In this document: positions 13,085 through 31,206 of the stretch, piece after piece | Numbering within the stretch: the stretch's first letter is position 1 | How the letters are laid out: each line of letters begins with the position of its first letter | NCBI GenBank assembly: GCA_037447605.1 | Contig: CM074806.1 | Span: forward strand, 372,001-436,000 | Direction of reading: 5' to 3' | Length of the DNA stretch: 64,000 bases | From: Zygnema circumcarinatum SAG 698-1b | Taxonomy: Eukaryota; Plantae; Zygnematophyceae | Made by a program: the position numbers and the translations under genes | Notes under the pieces: generated by a model | Database searches by the model: none | What the model saw: only the letters and a program-made list of their open reading frames with translations | Told to the model about the DNA's origin: nothing

Positions 13085-13770
13085 AGCGGCATGCTGGAGG
13101 TGTGATCCTGTGATTGTTAAGTTTTGGACGTTTTGACAAAACTTGCAGACCCATTGTGAAACGCTCAGAAATGGACCTATGAAAGGATAGACCTTAGAGG
13201 CCATGAGAGGAGCAATGATGCTGCAAGGCCCAACAACACGCCGCAATACCTCTTGGAGCCCACGACTCGCAGTTCTGTTCTGTGGTGGAACACGAACAAC
13301 GCTGGCAACAGTTGCAAAAAGGCGGCCAATCGCGACTGGCCGACGGAAGAGTACGTGCGAGGCGTTCCATGCTCAGCCGTTACAGTTCCAAACGCAGTCA
13401 TCCTATGCCGTTGTATTCGCGTGTCGTTTGATTAAAGCCGGAACCGAGGTGACATGACGAATTAAAGCAGCAATCTACGGTGTGCGCGTAGCCGAAGGAT
13501 CAGTGGGCGCACATGCAATATAATAGGGGGTGTCAGACTTAACAAAATCTTACGAAAAGCGTTACGAAAAAAAAGGTTACGAAAGTACTCCGCCGCAGGA
13601 GGATCGCGATTATACTGGAGTACTCGTTCTGATGTCAAACTTACGAACACGCGTACTGAATTTTTTTAAGTCTGACACCCCCTAATGTCACCTAATGGGA
13701 CTTGAACACGTGGCGAGCATGCGAATGAAGAAGTGGTGGCAAGTTGCTGTGCGCGCAAGCATGATCCATG
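13085..13770 (+). repeat. Dispersed repeat A, copy 2, interrupted by a MITE
   Basis: Colinear with 6215..6770 on both sides of the 13526..13682 insertion. Confidence 0.8.
13526..13682. mobile_element. Stowaway-like (Tc1/mariner-type TSD) MITE, 157 bp
   Basis: Perfect 17-bp TIR GGGGGTGTCAGACTTAA / TTAAGTCTGACACCCCC (23 bp with one mismatch). TA on both flanks. Absent from the paralogous position in repeat A copy 1. Confidence 0.8.
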
Positions 13771-15633
13771 CGATCTCCACTTTGACATACCGTAACGTCC
13801 AGTGCAACAACATGGAACCGCAGTTCCATTAAAATTCTCTTTAAAACATTATTCCCGGAAAGCATTGGACATCTGTACCAGCGTACGAATGCACTTACTG
13901 TACGTACGAACGTACAAACCGAATGTCAACTTGTCCGGACGAGCCAGATTCTGCGCACGTGCCATGACGTGACATTTGTCGCTTTGGGTCGAATTCAGCG
14001 CAAAAGCCTCTCGGCAGTCAATGCGCTAAAATGTCGGTGGCTGTCGACGTGAGGAAAGTCATAAATGCATTCGTACATAGTATCTCGTAACGACAAACAA
14101 TTGGGAGCTGAAAGTGGCCTAAACGACATAGTGACAGCACACCCTTTTGTACGAGGATGTTAGTTGACGAACGATACAGTTTTTTTCTTGGCTTTTCTCA
14201 AGGGACCGAATCTAGGGTCACTCGTCAAAAATGTTTCATTCCTGACCAAAAAGTAATATTGTCCGTCCGATCGTAATCGGACGGATCTAAAACTCTTACT
14301 TACTTACTTATTCTTACTCATATTGGCAAGATTGTTTTATTCTTTATCCGCCTGTCAGGATTACTTTTTTTTTACTGTCCGATTCGCATCGATTTACATG
14401 TAAGAAAATTTTGAAACGATCTCTGTACGGTCCGTTGAATGCCAGCGAACGGTAAAGTGCCACGTGGTGAGTGGAAAAGTGCCGACTTGGCCTGAGCTCC
14501 AGTGGCGCCGCCACGTGTCCCCCACGGGGCACCTTTTTGGTACAGTCCCTGCGAGCGACCTTTCTAGAACGGACCCCAATTCTCACGAGCTCCAAAAATA
14601 ATTACATTTCGATGTACACATTCCTAAATCCTAACCTTTCATGTAAAAAAAAAATGACGCTCTGCGTACGTTAGCCACAGGGTCGAAAAAACTCGAGCAC
14701 GGGCTAAAATTGATTTTATTTCTGACTTTTGTGTTCAGTAGATTTTATTTCGGCCAGGTAGTCGGCGTCCACGGGGCCAATGTCCTATTGGCGCGTGGCA
14801 CCAATTGGCCACCACCGGCCAATGGCGTGTTTTTTTTTTTTTTTTTTTTTTTNNNNNNNNNNTTTTTTTTTTTTTTTTTTTTTTTGTTGGGGGGAACAGT
14901 TTCCAACTGCAGTTTGAAACCTGTTGCTGGATTTTCAACTTGAAAATATAAACTGGAACGCCAACTGGAACTGGAAAATGCACATGGAAAGGTACGTGGT
15001 CCATCTTTCCAAGCAACAAACGAACATTTCTGTCAGCTTTCGACTTCCAGTGACGTGAAAAATAATATTAGCGCCAATGAAATTTAACCACGTGTCATTC
15101 AACCTTATATTTCTGACCGTCATTTTGGAAAATTTGACCTCGCTGAAGAAAAAGTCGAATCCGTTATCTGCCGCTTCCGTACAGACACCATTGGCACCTT
15201 TTGTCGCGAAGCGGGCGGTCTCTCCGAGGCCGATCGCGCCACGTGGACATTGGTCGGCGCGTCAGTCCTTCCGTCCGTACGCTTTCCGGAACTCGGAGGT
15301 CGGCGGGAGTGGAGGGAGGGGGGAGAGAGGAAGAGGGAGAGGGAGAGGGAGTGGGGGAGAGGGAGAGGGAGAGGGAGAGCGCGGGAGAGAGAGGGAGAGA
15401 GGGGGAGAGGGGGAGAGGGGGAGAGTGAGGGAGAGAGAGAGGGAGAGAGGGGGAGAGGGTAAGAGAGGTTGAGGGAGAGAGGGGGAGAGAGAGAGGCAGA
15501 GAGAGAGGGGGAGAGGGAGAGAGGCAGAGAGAGAGGGGGAGAGGGAGAGAGGGAGAGAGGGAGAGAGAGAAAGGGAGAGGTGTAGAGGTGGCTTCCTCCT
15601 CCTTCCTCTAAATCAGGCCCCCCTTCGACCGCC

Positions 15634-18256
15634 ATGGGCGGCTCCTCGAAGCTGATGAGCATGCGCCGCCCGCCGCCCCTCCGCATCGGAGTGGGGCCCA
15701 TCTACGAAGGAGGAGGCGCCACGTGTCCCTCCCGCAACGAGTCAGGTGTCAGCCCTTCCGTCGGCCAGGTGTTCAAAATCTACGCCAGTCAACCCTCGCC
15801 ACGTGGCGCCCATCAGGGCCCCCGCCGCCCTCGCCGCCTGAGCCCCACCGCCGCCTCCTCCTCCGCTGGCAGCTCCCTCGAAAGCCCTCTCCCTGCCGGG
15901 CCGCCATGGCCGGGCGGCTCGAGCTCCGCGACCCCCTCTCCTAACGCCACGTGGCGCCAGCCTCTGGAATTCGGGAAGCCTGGGACGATGCAGTACCGCC
16001 AGCTGTACGCTGAGTCAGCGGCAGACTGCCACGTGGCGCTTGCGTCTCCATGGCACGATGTTCCGCTTTACGGAAACGGCGGCGAGGCGCGACATGGAAC
16101 CCTCAGTTTCATCTGCAAGACGCCACGTGGCACGTGCGCGAAGTACACGGTCGCTCAGGCGGAGCCCTTCTGCCCCCTCCGCATGGCCGCTACATGTGAC
16201 GGAACGCCGGCCCGTTACACGGAAAACTGCCAATGGAACCTCGGCATCCTCCCGCAGACGATGGCGCCCTCCGAGGGACACGTGGCAGCATCGGAGCCGT
16301 TGGAGGTTCTGGAGATCGGGGGCCACGTGGCGGGCCGCGGGGAGGTGTACGGAGTGAGGGCTTTGGCGGCATTCGGGGTGGTGGGCCCCACGGGGCCGCG
16401 CGGGCGGCGGGCGCTGACGTGGACTGTGCTCGCAGTAGCAGTAGATGACGTGGACGGCGGAGCGCTGCACGGACCGGAGGATGTGGCGAGGGTGGTGCCC
16501 GGAGCGCTGGAGGAGGTCAGGGAGTGGCTCCGCACGTGCGAACGGGGGGAGGGTGGTGAGTTGGGCTGGGCGGGATGGGGGGGGGGGGAGAGAGAGAGAG
16601 AGAGGGAGAAGGGGGATGGGAGGGAGAGAGAGGGAGAAGGGGGATGGGAGAGAGAGAGGGAGAGAGAGAGAGGGAGATATAGAAAGAGAAAGGAAGAGAG
16701 AGGGAGAGAGGAAAAAGGGGAATGGGAGGAAGATGAAGGAGGGAGTGAAAGAGAAAGGGGTGGAAGGGGCAGATAGGGAACGATGGAACTGGGGCAACAG
16801 GTTAACAGAATCATATCTATGTGCATAGAGATAGCGAGAGGGAGAGGTAGAGACATATATATAGGAAGAGAGAGAGAGAGAAAGAGAGAGAGTGAGAGAG
16901 GATTGGCTGATCCAATGGAATCCAGTCGGTTTTGACCCTCTCCCTCTCTCTCCCTCTCTCTCCCTCTCTCTCCCTCTCTCTCCCTCCCATGCAGCCGATG
17001 TCCGCCGCTGCACTTTGGCATTCGACGGTCGGCCCCTCTCCGCCGCTGCGACGGCCCGCCTCATCGAGCAGTCGCACGCGAGCTGGCGGAGCGCGTTCCT
17101 GCCGCCGCACGCCGCGCCGCCCTTCAGCGGCGTCCTGCCGGAGAGGTTCCCGACGGCGGCGGACCTCGAGCGTGCATGGCGGCGCTACACCGCCGGCGAA
17201 AGCACGGAAGCCATCGCACTCGCCGACGTGCCATTCACTTCCTCCCTCTCTCTCGACGCCGCGTGGGCCGACATCAGCGAAGACCCCGTTGCATGGCGCC
17301 GCATGGACTCCCTCGACCGCAATTCCGTGTGCTCTGTGGATGATATTTCTAATGGGTGGGAGGAGGAGTCTCTTAGAAGTAGTATATTGAGCGAGGTAGA
17401 GGGAGGGTATGGGAGGCCTAATTGGGCTGTACCGCCTTCTGAGAGCTCGGAAGGGGAAGCCATGGCTTACGCGTCTTCCCCCTCTGAGGCGATGCTGACC
17501 CCCTCCCAGACACTAAGAGAGAGGTGGGCCCCTCAGAAGATGAAGGCCGCCATGGCTGCGCGGCTCCTAAGTCAAAGCTACGATAGATTAAGAGAGAAAG
17601 AGAGAGAGAGGGAGAAGGGAGAGAGGGAGAGAGAGAGGGAGAGAGAGAGGGAGGGCGCTAGTGAGGAGAGCACTCCCTGGAGTCGTTCTTACAAGTCCCA
17701 TCTGCATCGCCTTCGGAAGAAAAAGGTGCTCTCAGGCGTATCGGGGATATCGAACCCTTCGGGAGTTTCGATTGTATCGGAACTGTCAATAATATCGGAA
17801 TCTACAACGAGCTCGATATATTCCGATATCGACCGGAAACGTCCAACGAGCCGAAGGCGACAAAAGGGCCTGAACCCTAATTCTGACGCCGTTGACTTTT
17901 GCGAAGAGCAGGGTTCAGGAAACGTTCAAACCCTCGTCTCAGAGCCTTCCGATTGGATCGAATCGCCGAGATCGACGGCTGAGATTTCGCCGAATTTCAA
18001 AAATGAGAATGGATGCTTCGGTATGTCCTATGTGCGCGATACTCTGCAGTACCGATTCCGATCCAGAGCTTGCACCGTCGCTCCTTCTCCCCTTCAGGGT
18101 TCAGGGGGGAGCTTGAAGAAGGCGGCCATGGCGGCCGGGGGAGGAGCGGGGGCCCGCCGGAGCACGAAGCTCATTCTATGGCGGCTGAGGGACGCGAGGA
18201 TTTTAGGGTTCAGGGTGCTGAGGAGGAGCATGTTCCTGGGGCGGTCTCAGAGCTGA
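15634..18256 (+). CDS. Family I soluble inorganic pyrophosphatase-fold protein with degenerate active site and long Ser/charged C-terminal extension; exons 15634..16555, 16995..18256 (~727 aa)
   Basis: SPWHDVPL, WNLGILPQT, EPLEVLEIG, VPGALEEVREWLR and IEQSHASW are colinear with eukaryote/plastid-type sPPases. The phase-1 GTGAGT...TGCAG intron joins the two halves in frame. Confidence 0.8.
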
Positions 18257-18454
18257 GGGTGGTTCAGGGAAGGGTTTAGGGTTTGAGGCGAAATGAGGGT
18301 GTAGAGTTAATGTTAGGGTTTGGAGGGGTTCGAAAGAGGATTTAAGGTTTAGGGTTTAAGGCTAGGGTTGAGGATTCTGTATAGTGTGGATGGAGTGGAC
18401 GATAGATGAATAACTACGTAATGGAAGGGAGTGAAGGGGAGAGCTCAGGCATGT

Positions 18455-18752
18455 CGCGCATGCATGCATGGATGCATGGATGTATGGATGCATGGGTGCA
18501 TGGATGCATGGGTGCATGGGTGCATGGGTGCATGGATGCATGGATGCATGTATGCATGGATGCATGGGTGCATGGATGCATGGATGCATGGGTGCATGGT
18601 GCATGGATGCGTGAATGCATGGGTGCATGGGTGCATGGGTGCATGGATGCATGGATGCATGTATGCATGGATGCATGGGTGCATGGATGCATGGATGCAT
18701 GGGTGCATGGTGCATGGATGCGTGAATGCATGGGTGCATGGGTGCATGCATG
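18455..18752. repeat. (TGCATGG[A/G])n microsatellite with a ~111-bp higher-order duplication
   Basis: Rare variants GTATGC (18550, 18661) and GCGTGAATG (18609, 18720) recur 111 bp apart. Confidence 0.9.
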
Positions 18753-19161
18753 GCAGGGTCGGGTCTCCGTGAAAGCTCTCAAATAGGTCGAGACTATGTG
18801 CGTGAAAGCTTAGGAAGTAGAAAAACGTGGAAAGTGAAAGCTTCTTGTTGCAAGTCCTTCAAAAAATAGGAAAAAAAAGGTTGGAAACATTTGAAGTTTG
18901 CATGTTGTTTGTTGTTTGTTTGTTGTTGTTGTTTGTTTGTTTGAGTGATCGAGTATTGAAAACTAAAACCCTAAATCCCTAAACTTGGAAACTTGGGTGC
19001 TTTCAAACGATTAGAAAGCCTTAAAACCCTAAAAGCTTGAATTCCATGAAGCGCCAAAAACCAGGAGGACCCTAAATGCGATAATATGTACACCGCCCAG
19101 TTAAACTGAATGGGCGAAAAAAATGTTTCAAGTTAAAAAAATACAGACAAGGTCAGTCTAA

Positions 19162-23458
<4,297 letters not shown>

Positions 23459-23464
23459 GTTGCG

Positions 23465-23519
<55 letters not shown>

Positions 23520-24039
23520 GAGCGAGAGACGAGGGAGAGAAGGGAGAGGGAGAGGGCCTGGAGGTTGAGGAGACGCAATGCCCTGTCCCTCGTGGCATGC
23601 CACGTGGCAGACGTTGCTGTCGCCGTGGCATCCACCCTCGTTCCCCTCGGCGACATTTTTTCTGCCCGCCTGTTTCCATTTCTGCCCGTTTTTCCACGTG
23701 AAGATTGCGGCAGGTATGTTTCTATTTCGTCGATTGGTTCGATGCCCCTTACACGTGTGAGGGGCAGAGGTTAGTCAGCAGGAACGTTTTCCTGCCCGAA
23801 CACAGATCATGTACGGTCATCCTGTAGAGCCACGTGGACCAATCACAATTACCACATAGACAACGGCCGGACCGTTGACCGGTGACCGTACAGCAGCGGC
23901 CGGCGACGGCCGGCGGCGTCGGAGTACGGAACAGGCAAGTCCTGTCGGCGCGATGGGGCATGAAAACATGCGAACACGCGCTAGTGCTGTTGTTGGTGGA
24001 CCGCTCGTGCTCTCGTGTGGCTATGATGGTGTGCAACAT

Positions 24040-24095
24040 TATGATGGGCATGGGCATGGGCATGGGCGTGGGCATGGGCATGGGCATGGGCATGG
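24040..24095. repeat. (ATGGGC)n microsatellite
   Basis: Tandem hexamer read directly. Confidence 0.9.
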
Positions 24096-24819
24096 CAAAA
24101 GTTGGGTTGAACCCATGGACCATGTTGTCCTTGGAAGAATGCAGAACATCTCCCCATGACATCACTCCCACAGCCATCAGACTCTGCCCTGCGCTCCAAC
24201 CTCCCTAACAGGTCTCAGCCAAAAAACCGAAGCATTCTCCTCTTGAAACTCAATCTGTCAGGCGTCTCAAACAGCACGCACAGCACAAACTGCACCACAT
24301 AGAAACCCAGAAAGGACCCCTCCGTTGCTTTTATGTACCATCATACAATGACACGTGTCCCCCTCCCTAGCCTGTACATGTCTGGCGTGAGGCAACCATG
24401 AAGCCTCACGCGCTCTCCCCTTCACCGCAGATTCCAAAGTCTGCTAATTACCATTGTCATTTATACCACATGCCATGGGCGGAAAGGCCCTAAAAACTAC
24501 AATTCTCCATCTGCTTTCATACTGACTGCGAATAAGCACACCTCTGAGGACTTCACATCCTCTCTCTCTCGCTCTCCACCTCTCTCTCTCTCTCTCTCTC
24601 TCAAACTCCTTACAGCCCAAGATTCCCACACCGTAATAGCTCCTCGTTTTATGGTGTGCCGTCAACCACCATCCTGTCAAGTCCACATTATTTGACGACA
24701 TCTTCACAGATCGCTTCCTGTCGAGTCACTTCACATCGTCTTCAGTGACGTGACATCACATGCTGTCACTGTCACATCACTGTCACTGTCACATCACTGT
24801 CACGTCATGTCACGTCACA

Positions 24820-26802
<1,983 letters not shown>

Positions 26803-27675
26803 GGTGGCAGGAGGGTGGGGTTCAGGGAGGGTGGGAGAGGGGGATGAGAGTTAGGATCAGGGTTTTGGAGAAAGCGTCGGGGAAGCTAAAGGAAAAGAAG
26901 GAGAGGGACCTCAGATTCAACGAACGGAGACGGAGTTTTATACTGGTAGGCTGGGGACCTACCGTACTCCGCTGTGTAACTATCCGAACAGGGATCGAAT
27001 GGGAACTTGAAACGTGGAAAAATGGACACGTGGCGAGTCGTGAATGGAGGGTAGGTGCCCGTAGGGAGGGGAGTGGGCGTGTGGCACGAGCTTCTAGAAA
27101 CTTCGGCTTGGCAGATTTTCGGTTTGCTCGGACACATGGAAAGGGAGGGCTAGTTGAACAGGGAACGGGGAAGCGGGACCGAGCTTAGTTTAGTTACAGT
27201 GATACTGGAGTGTTTCATAGAGTCAGTATCCACGTGGTCAAATCGATACCGTTCAATGTTGTATGTATCCCACGTGACAATATCTGAACAGTTCAATCTG
27301 ACACGTCAACGAGGAAAATGGCCAGTTCCATTTGGACTGCTGTTCTGTAAAGTCATAAATCTGTTTAACTTCAAGCATGTGACGCTGTGCTTCCCGAGCA
27401 GGCATGCAAGTCTGCGGAACGTTCCAGGCAGCTTCGCGAAAGAAACCAAACAAAGTCGCCTACAATCACATGGGCCACTTTTTAGGGTTCGGGAAATTAT
27501 TGAGGGTTCTGGATTACTGTTCAGGGTTTTATAGTTTTTTTTTGTTTTTTTAAGAAGGGTAAAAATTCAAAAATAAAGCCGGGCCTTTATCACTGAATCA
27601 TATAATTTTCGTTTTTTTTTTTTTTTTAGGTTTAAATCCTAGACCTTGAAGCCTCCTAGCCCTGACAGCCACTCC

Positions 27676-30600
27676 ATGGGGGGCCCAGTCTCTCCGTTTC
27701 CGTTGTCTACAACGGACAGTTCCGAGGAGGAGTCTTGCATGGAGCTCGGCGAGGCGGCCTGGGAGACCTGCCACGTCAGCAACTACGGCTTCCCTTGCTG
27801 CTGTCCACGTGGCAGCACCTACATCCGCCACGTCAGCTGCAGCCAGGCCTGCGCGCTCGCCAACGTGCCAGCTGGCAGAAGGAGAAGCTGGCCACGTGCC
27901 AAGGGGAGAGAGGAGGGTTTTAGTGATTTTCAAGGGGGAGGAGGCGGAGGGGGAGGGGGAGGGTTCAGGATTGTAGAAGGACGAGGGTTTAGGGTTTTAG
28001 AGGGGGGAGGAGGAGGGGGAGGAGGAGGAGGCATGGAGGTTGACGGGGATGGACGGGGATGGAGAGGAGATTTTAGGGTTTTGAAAGGGGGGAGAGGAGA
28101 GAGTGGGAGTGGAGAGAGTGGGATAGGAGAGAATGGGAGAAGAGAGAGAGGAAAAGGAGAGAGTGGGAGACGAGAGAGTGGGAGAGGAGAGAGAGGGAGA
28201 GGAGAGAGCGAGGGCTCTCTGGGGATCTTCTGGGACATCGAGAATTGTGGGGTTCCTGTTGACGTGTCAGCGGATGATTTGGCGGAAAATGTGAGAACGG
28301 CGCTGCGTTCGCACGTGGCGACGAGCGGGTCTGCAGTGACAGGTGGGGTCAGCACGGGAGCTTAAAAACTAAAACTCTGAAACCCTGAGAATTTTTAGGG
28401 TTGATACCTTTTGAATCTCTTTGATTCTCTCTCGCTCTTACCCCCGTCCCTCTCTCCAGTATACCTCTCTCACTTCTATCTCCCTCCCCCTGCTCCACTC
28501 TCCCTCCTGTGTCTCTCACTGCCTCCCTCACTCTCCCTCCTCTCTCTCCCTCTCTCAACCTCGCCCCCTTCCCCCTTCTCTCTCTCCTCTCTCTCAACCT
28601 CGCCCCCTCCCCTCTCTCTCTCTCCCCTCCCTCTCCCCCTCCCCCGCTTTCTCCCCTCTTTCTCCCTCCCCCTCTCCCTTCCTCCTCTCTCTCTCCCCCC
28701 ACACTCTCCCTTCCCTGTGTCTCTCTCCCCCGTCCCTCTCCGCCCCTCGTTCTTATAACTCCCCCTCTTCCTTCCCTCTCTCTCTCCCTTCCCCTCTCTT
28801 TCCTCCCTCTCTCTCGCCTCCTCCCTTTTCAACCTCAATGTTTTCAACTATACAAGATGCTCAGTGCTGCATGGGCCCCTGTGTCTCTCCCTTCTCTTCT
28901 CCCTCTCCCTCTCCCTCTCCCTCTTTCCTCTTCCCCCTCCCCCCCTCCTTTCCCCCGTCAATTCTCTAAAACTTCTCCTCCCTTTCTCTCCCCCTCCCTC
29001 AGTATTTTCTGCATATGGCGATTTCCACCAATTTCCGCGTAAGCTAAGGGAGGGATTTCAGCGTACGGGCATCTCCCTATTGGATGTTCCGGGGGGAAGA
29101 AAAGATGCAGCCGACAAAGCAATTCTCTCCGACCTATTTCTTTTTGCCATAGATAACCCTCCTCCCGTCTCTATTCTTCTAATTTCGGGAGATGTCGATT
29201 TTTCAAATTCCCTCCACAAATTAAGTCAAAGGGGCTTTCGTATTTTTCTTGCCGTCCCGTCACATGGGGTCAGTTCCGCTCTCCGTAGCGTGGGACGGTT
29301 TGTATGGGACTGGCCGACTCTCGCTCGGGGGGCCCTTGTTCCGTCAAAGACTACGGAAAAACTGAAAGCAGCGGAGAGATTTTCAGCAACTGGGTCTTTT
29401 CCGGGATGTGAAATTTTAGATAGTTTGTCGGAAATTAGGGTTTCAGAAGCTTCTTCGGTGCTGAATCGCAGTACGGAAAAGAACGAATTCGATGGGTGGG
29501 TGAGTCCGGGGGATTTGAGAGGCTTAAAGGTACAACTGGTTAGGATGGTTTCGTCTTTCGGAGGTTCAATGGATCTGGTCCGAGTTTCGTCTGAATATCA
29601 GAAGATTTTCGGGAGATCTCTTTTATTGGCGGATTATGGGGTGTCAAAAATGTGTAGTTTGGTGGATAAGATGCAGGATGTTGTTTTTATTAGTGGCAAG
29701 GGAGTTGAGAAGAAGCTCTGCTTGAGAGAGGGAGTGGGAGGAGAGGAGGGAGTGGGAGAGGGGGGAGAGTGTTCGAACGAAAAGGGCAAAAAAAAGTACA
29801 AAAAATGCGTTAGCACTGAAGGTGGAGGAGCGGGAGAGGGAGAGGCAGAACTTGCTGAAGGGAGAGAAAGGGAGGGACAGGGGGAGGTGGCAGGGAGGGA
29901 GAGGGAGAGGGCGAGGGAGAGGGAGAGGGAGAGGGAGAGGGAGAGGGAGGGGGAAGGGGAGCAGGAGATGGAGATGGAGAAGGAGAGGGAGAGGCAAGGC
30001 GCAGGGGATGGGGCGCGAGAGAGGCAAGAAGGAGGGAGGAATGGAGAGAGGGAGAGGGAGGACGAGAGGGAGGAGTTCAAGAGAGAAGGCGTAGGTGACT
30101 TGGAAGAAGAAGAAGAAGAAATTTTTTTGCTAAGTGCTGACAGTGAAAGGTGGCGTTCTTGTGTGGAGGACGAGGAAGAGAAGGGAGGAGAAGGGAGGAG
30201 AGGGGAGAGGGAGGGAGAGAGGAAGGGAGTGGAAGATATTCGTGCGAGTGAAGGAAACTCGGAGATAGGTTTAGGGTTTGAAGGTGGAGGATCCTCGGGA
30301 AGAGAGAGAGAGGAGGGAGTGGGAGAGAGAGAAGAGGAGGAAGGAGAAGAAGAAGAAGAAGAAGTGGTAGTGTTGTGGGGTCGCCAAGGAGTGGAGAGGA
30401 GAAGGTTGGACTATGATGTGGTGGAGAAGGAAGGTGGGAGAGGAGAGAGAGAGGAGGAAGATCTATGTGGGGAGGTTAGGGTTAAGTGCCTGATTGCTAC
30501 GGAGAGAGATAGGGGTGGGAGTAGTGAGGAGGTAGTGGGAGAGGAGACGGGTGAGAGTAGTGCGAGAGAGGGAGAGTCCGTGCTCCTATTGAGTGACGTG

Positions 30601-31206
30601 ACGAATTCGAGTCAAGTATTGGAGGGGAGAGGCCACGACTCACGTGTTGGGAGTAACGGATTCACAGAAGTTTGCCACATGGAACCAGGTATGCAGCCAA
30701 TGGCGTTCTGCCAGGTGGCAGCGACATCAAGTGACTGCCACCTGGCAGAGCGAGCCAATGAGGAAGTGCCACGTGCGATTTCAAACAGTCAAACGGCCCA
30801 GGAGTCAACGCAGGCCATTCTGAATAGTGTGAATAGGAGCGCGATTGAGGCGCAAAAAGAAATAATGGAGACTTCTACCCCATTTGTACCCCTTCTGGAG
30901 GGCGATTACTCCCTTTTTTTAAACCCCCTATTGGAAGCTTTTTCTCCGGAAACTGAAGAAAATGTGCTCTTGAATGGGGGGCGTAGTCGTGACAACGCTC
31001 AACGGAGCAGGGAATTGGAAGAACTGCTGGTCAGTCATGGGGGACGGATTCCGTTGACGGACCTGTTCCATGCTTACAGGCAACGATACGGCCGTTCCCT
31101 GTTACTGGTTACGGATCGCAGTCAAGAGGAGCTTGTAGCCGTAGGCAGAACTGTGTGGGCACATGGAACAGGAGGGCACATGGAGCTGCATCTGCAACTG
31201 AAATAG
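27676..31206 (+). CDS. NYN-domain endoribonuclease with two OST-HTH/LOTUS domains (MARF1/plant DNE1-like); exons ~27676..28342, 29003..31206
   Basis: IFWDIENCGVP...AVT|VFSAYGDF...DVPGGRKDAADKAIL...LLISGDVDFS...FVWDWP is the NYN domain with its acidic residues intact. LOTUS-like segments are GDLRGLKVQLV...EYQKIFGRSL and ELEELLVSHGGRIPLTDLFHAYRQRYGRSL. The start codon and possible extra introns in the GA-rich parts are uncertain. Confidence 0.85.

Noticed and set aside
18362-18786. His/Cys/Met-rich ORFs (metal-binding peptides?)
   Set aside because: Open in several frames on both strands; a TGCATGG microsatellite. The same applies to 8753-9148, 23749-24208 and 50400-51337.
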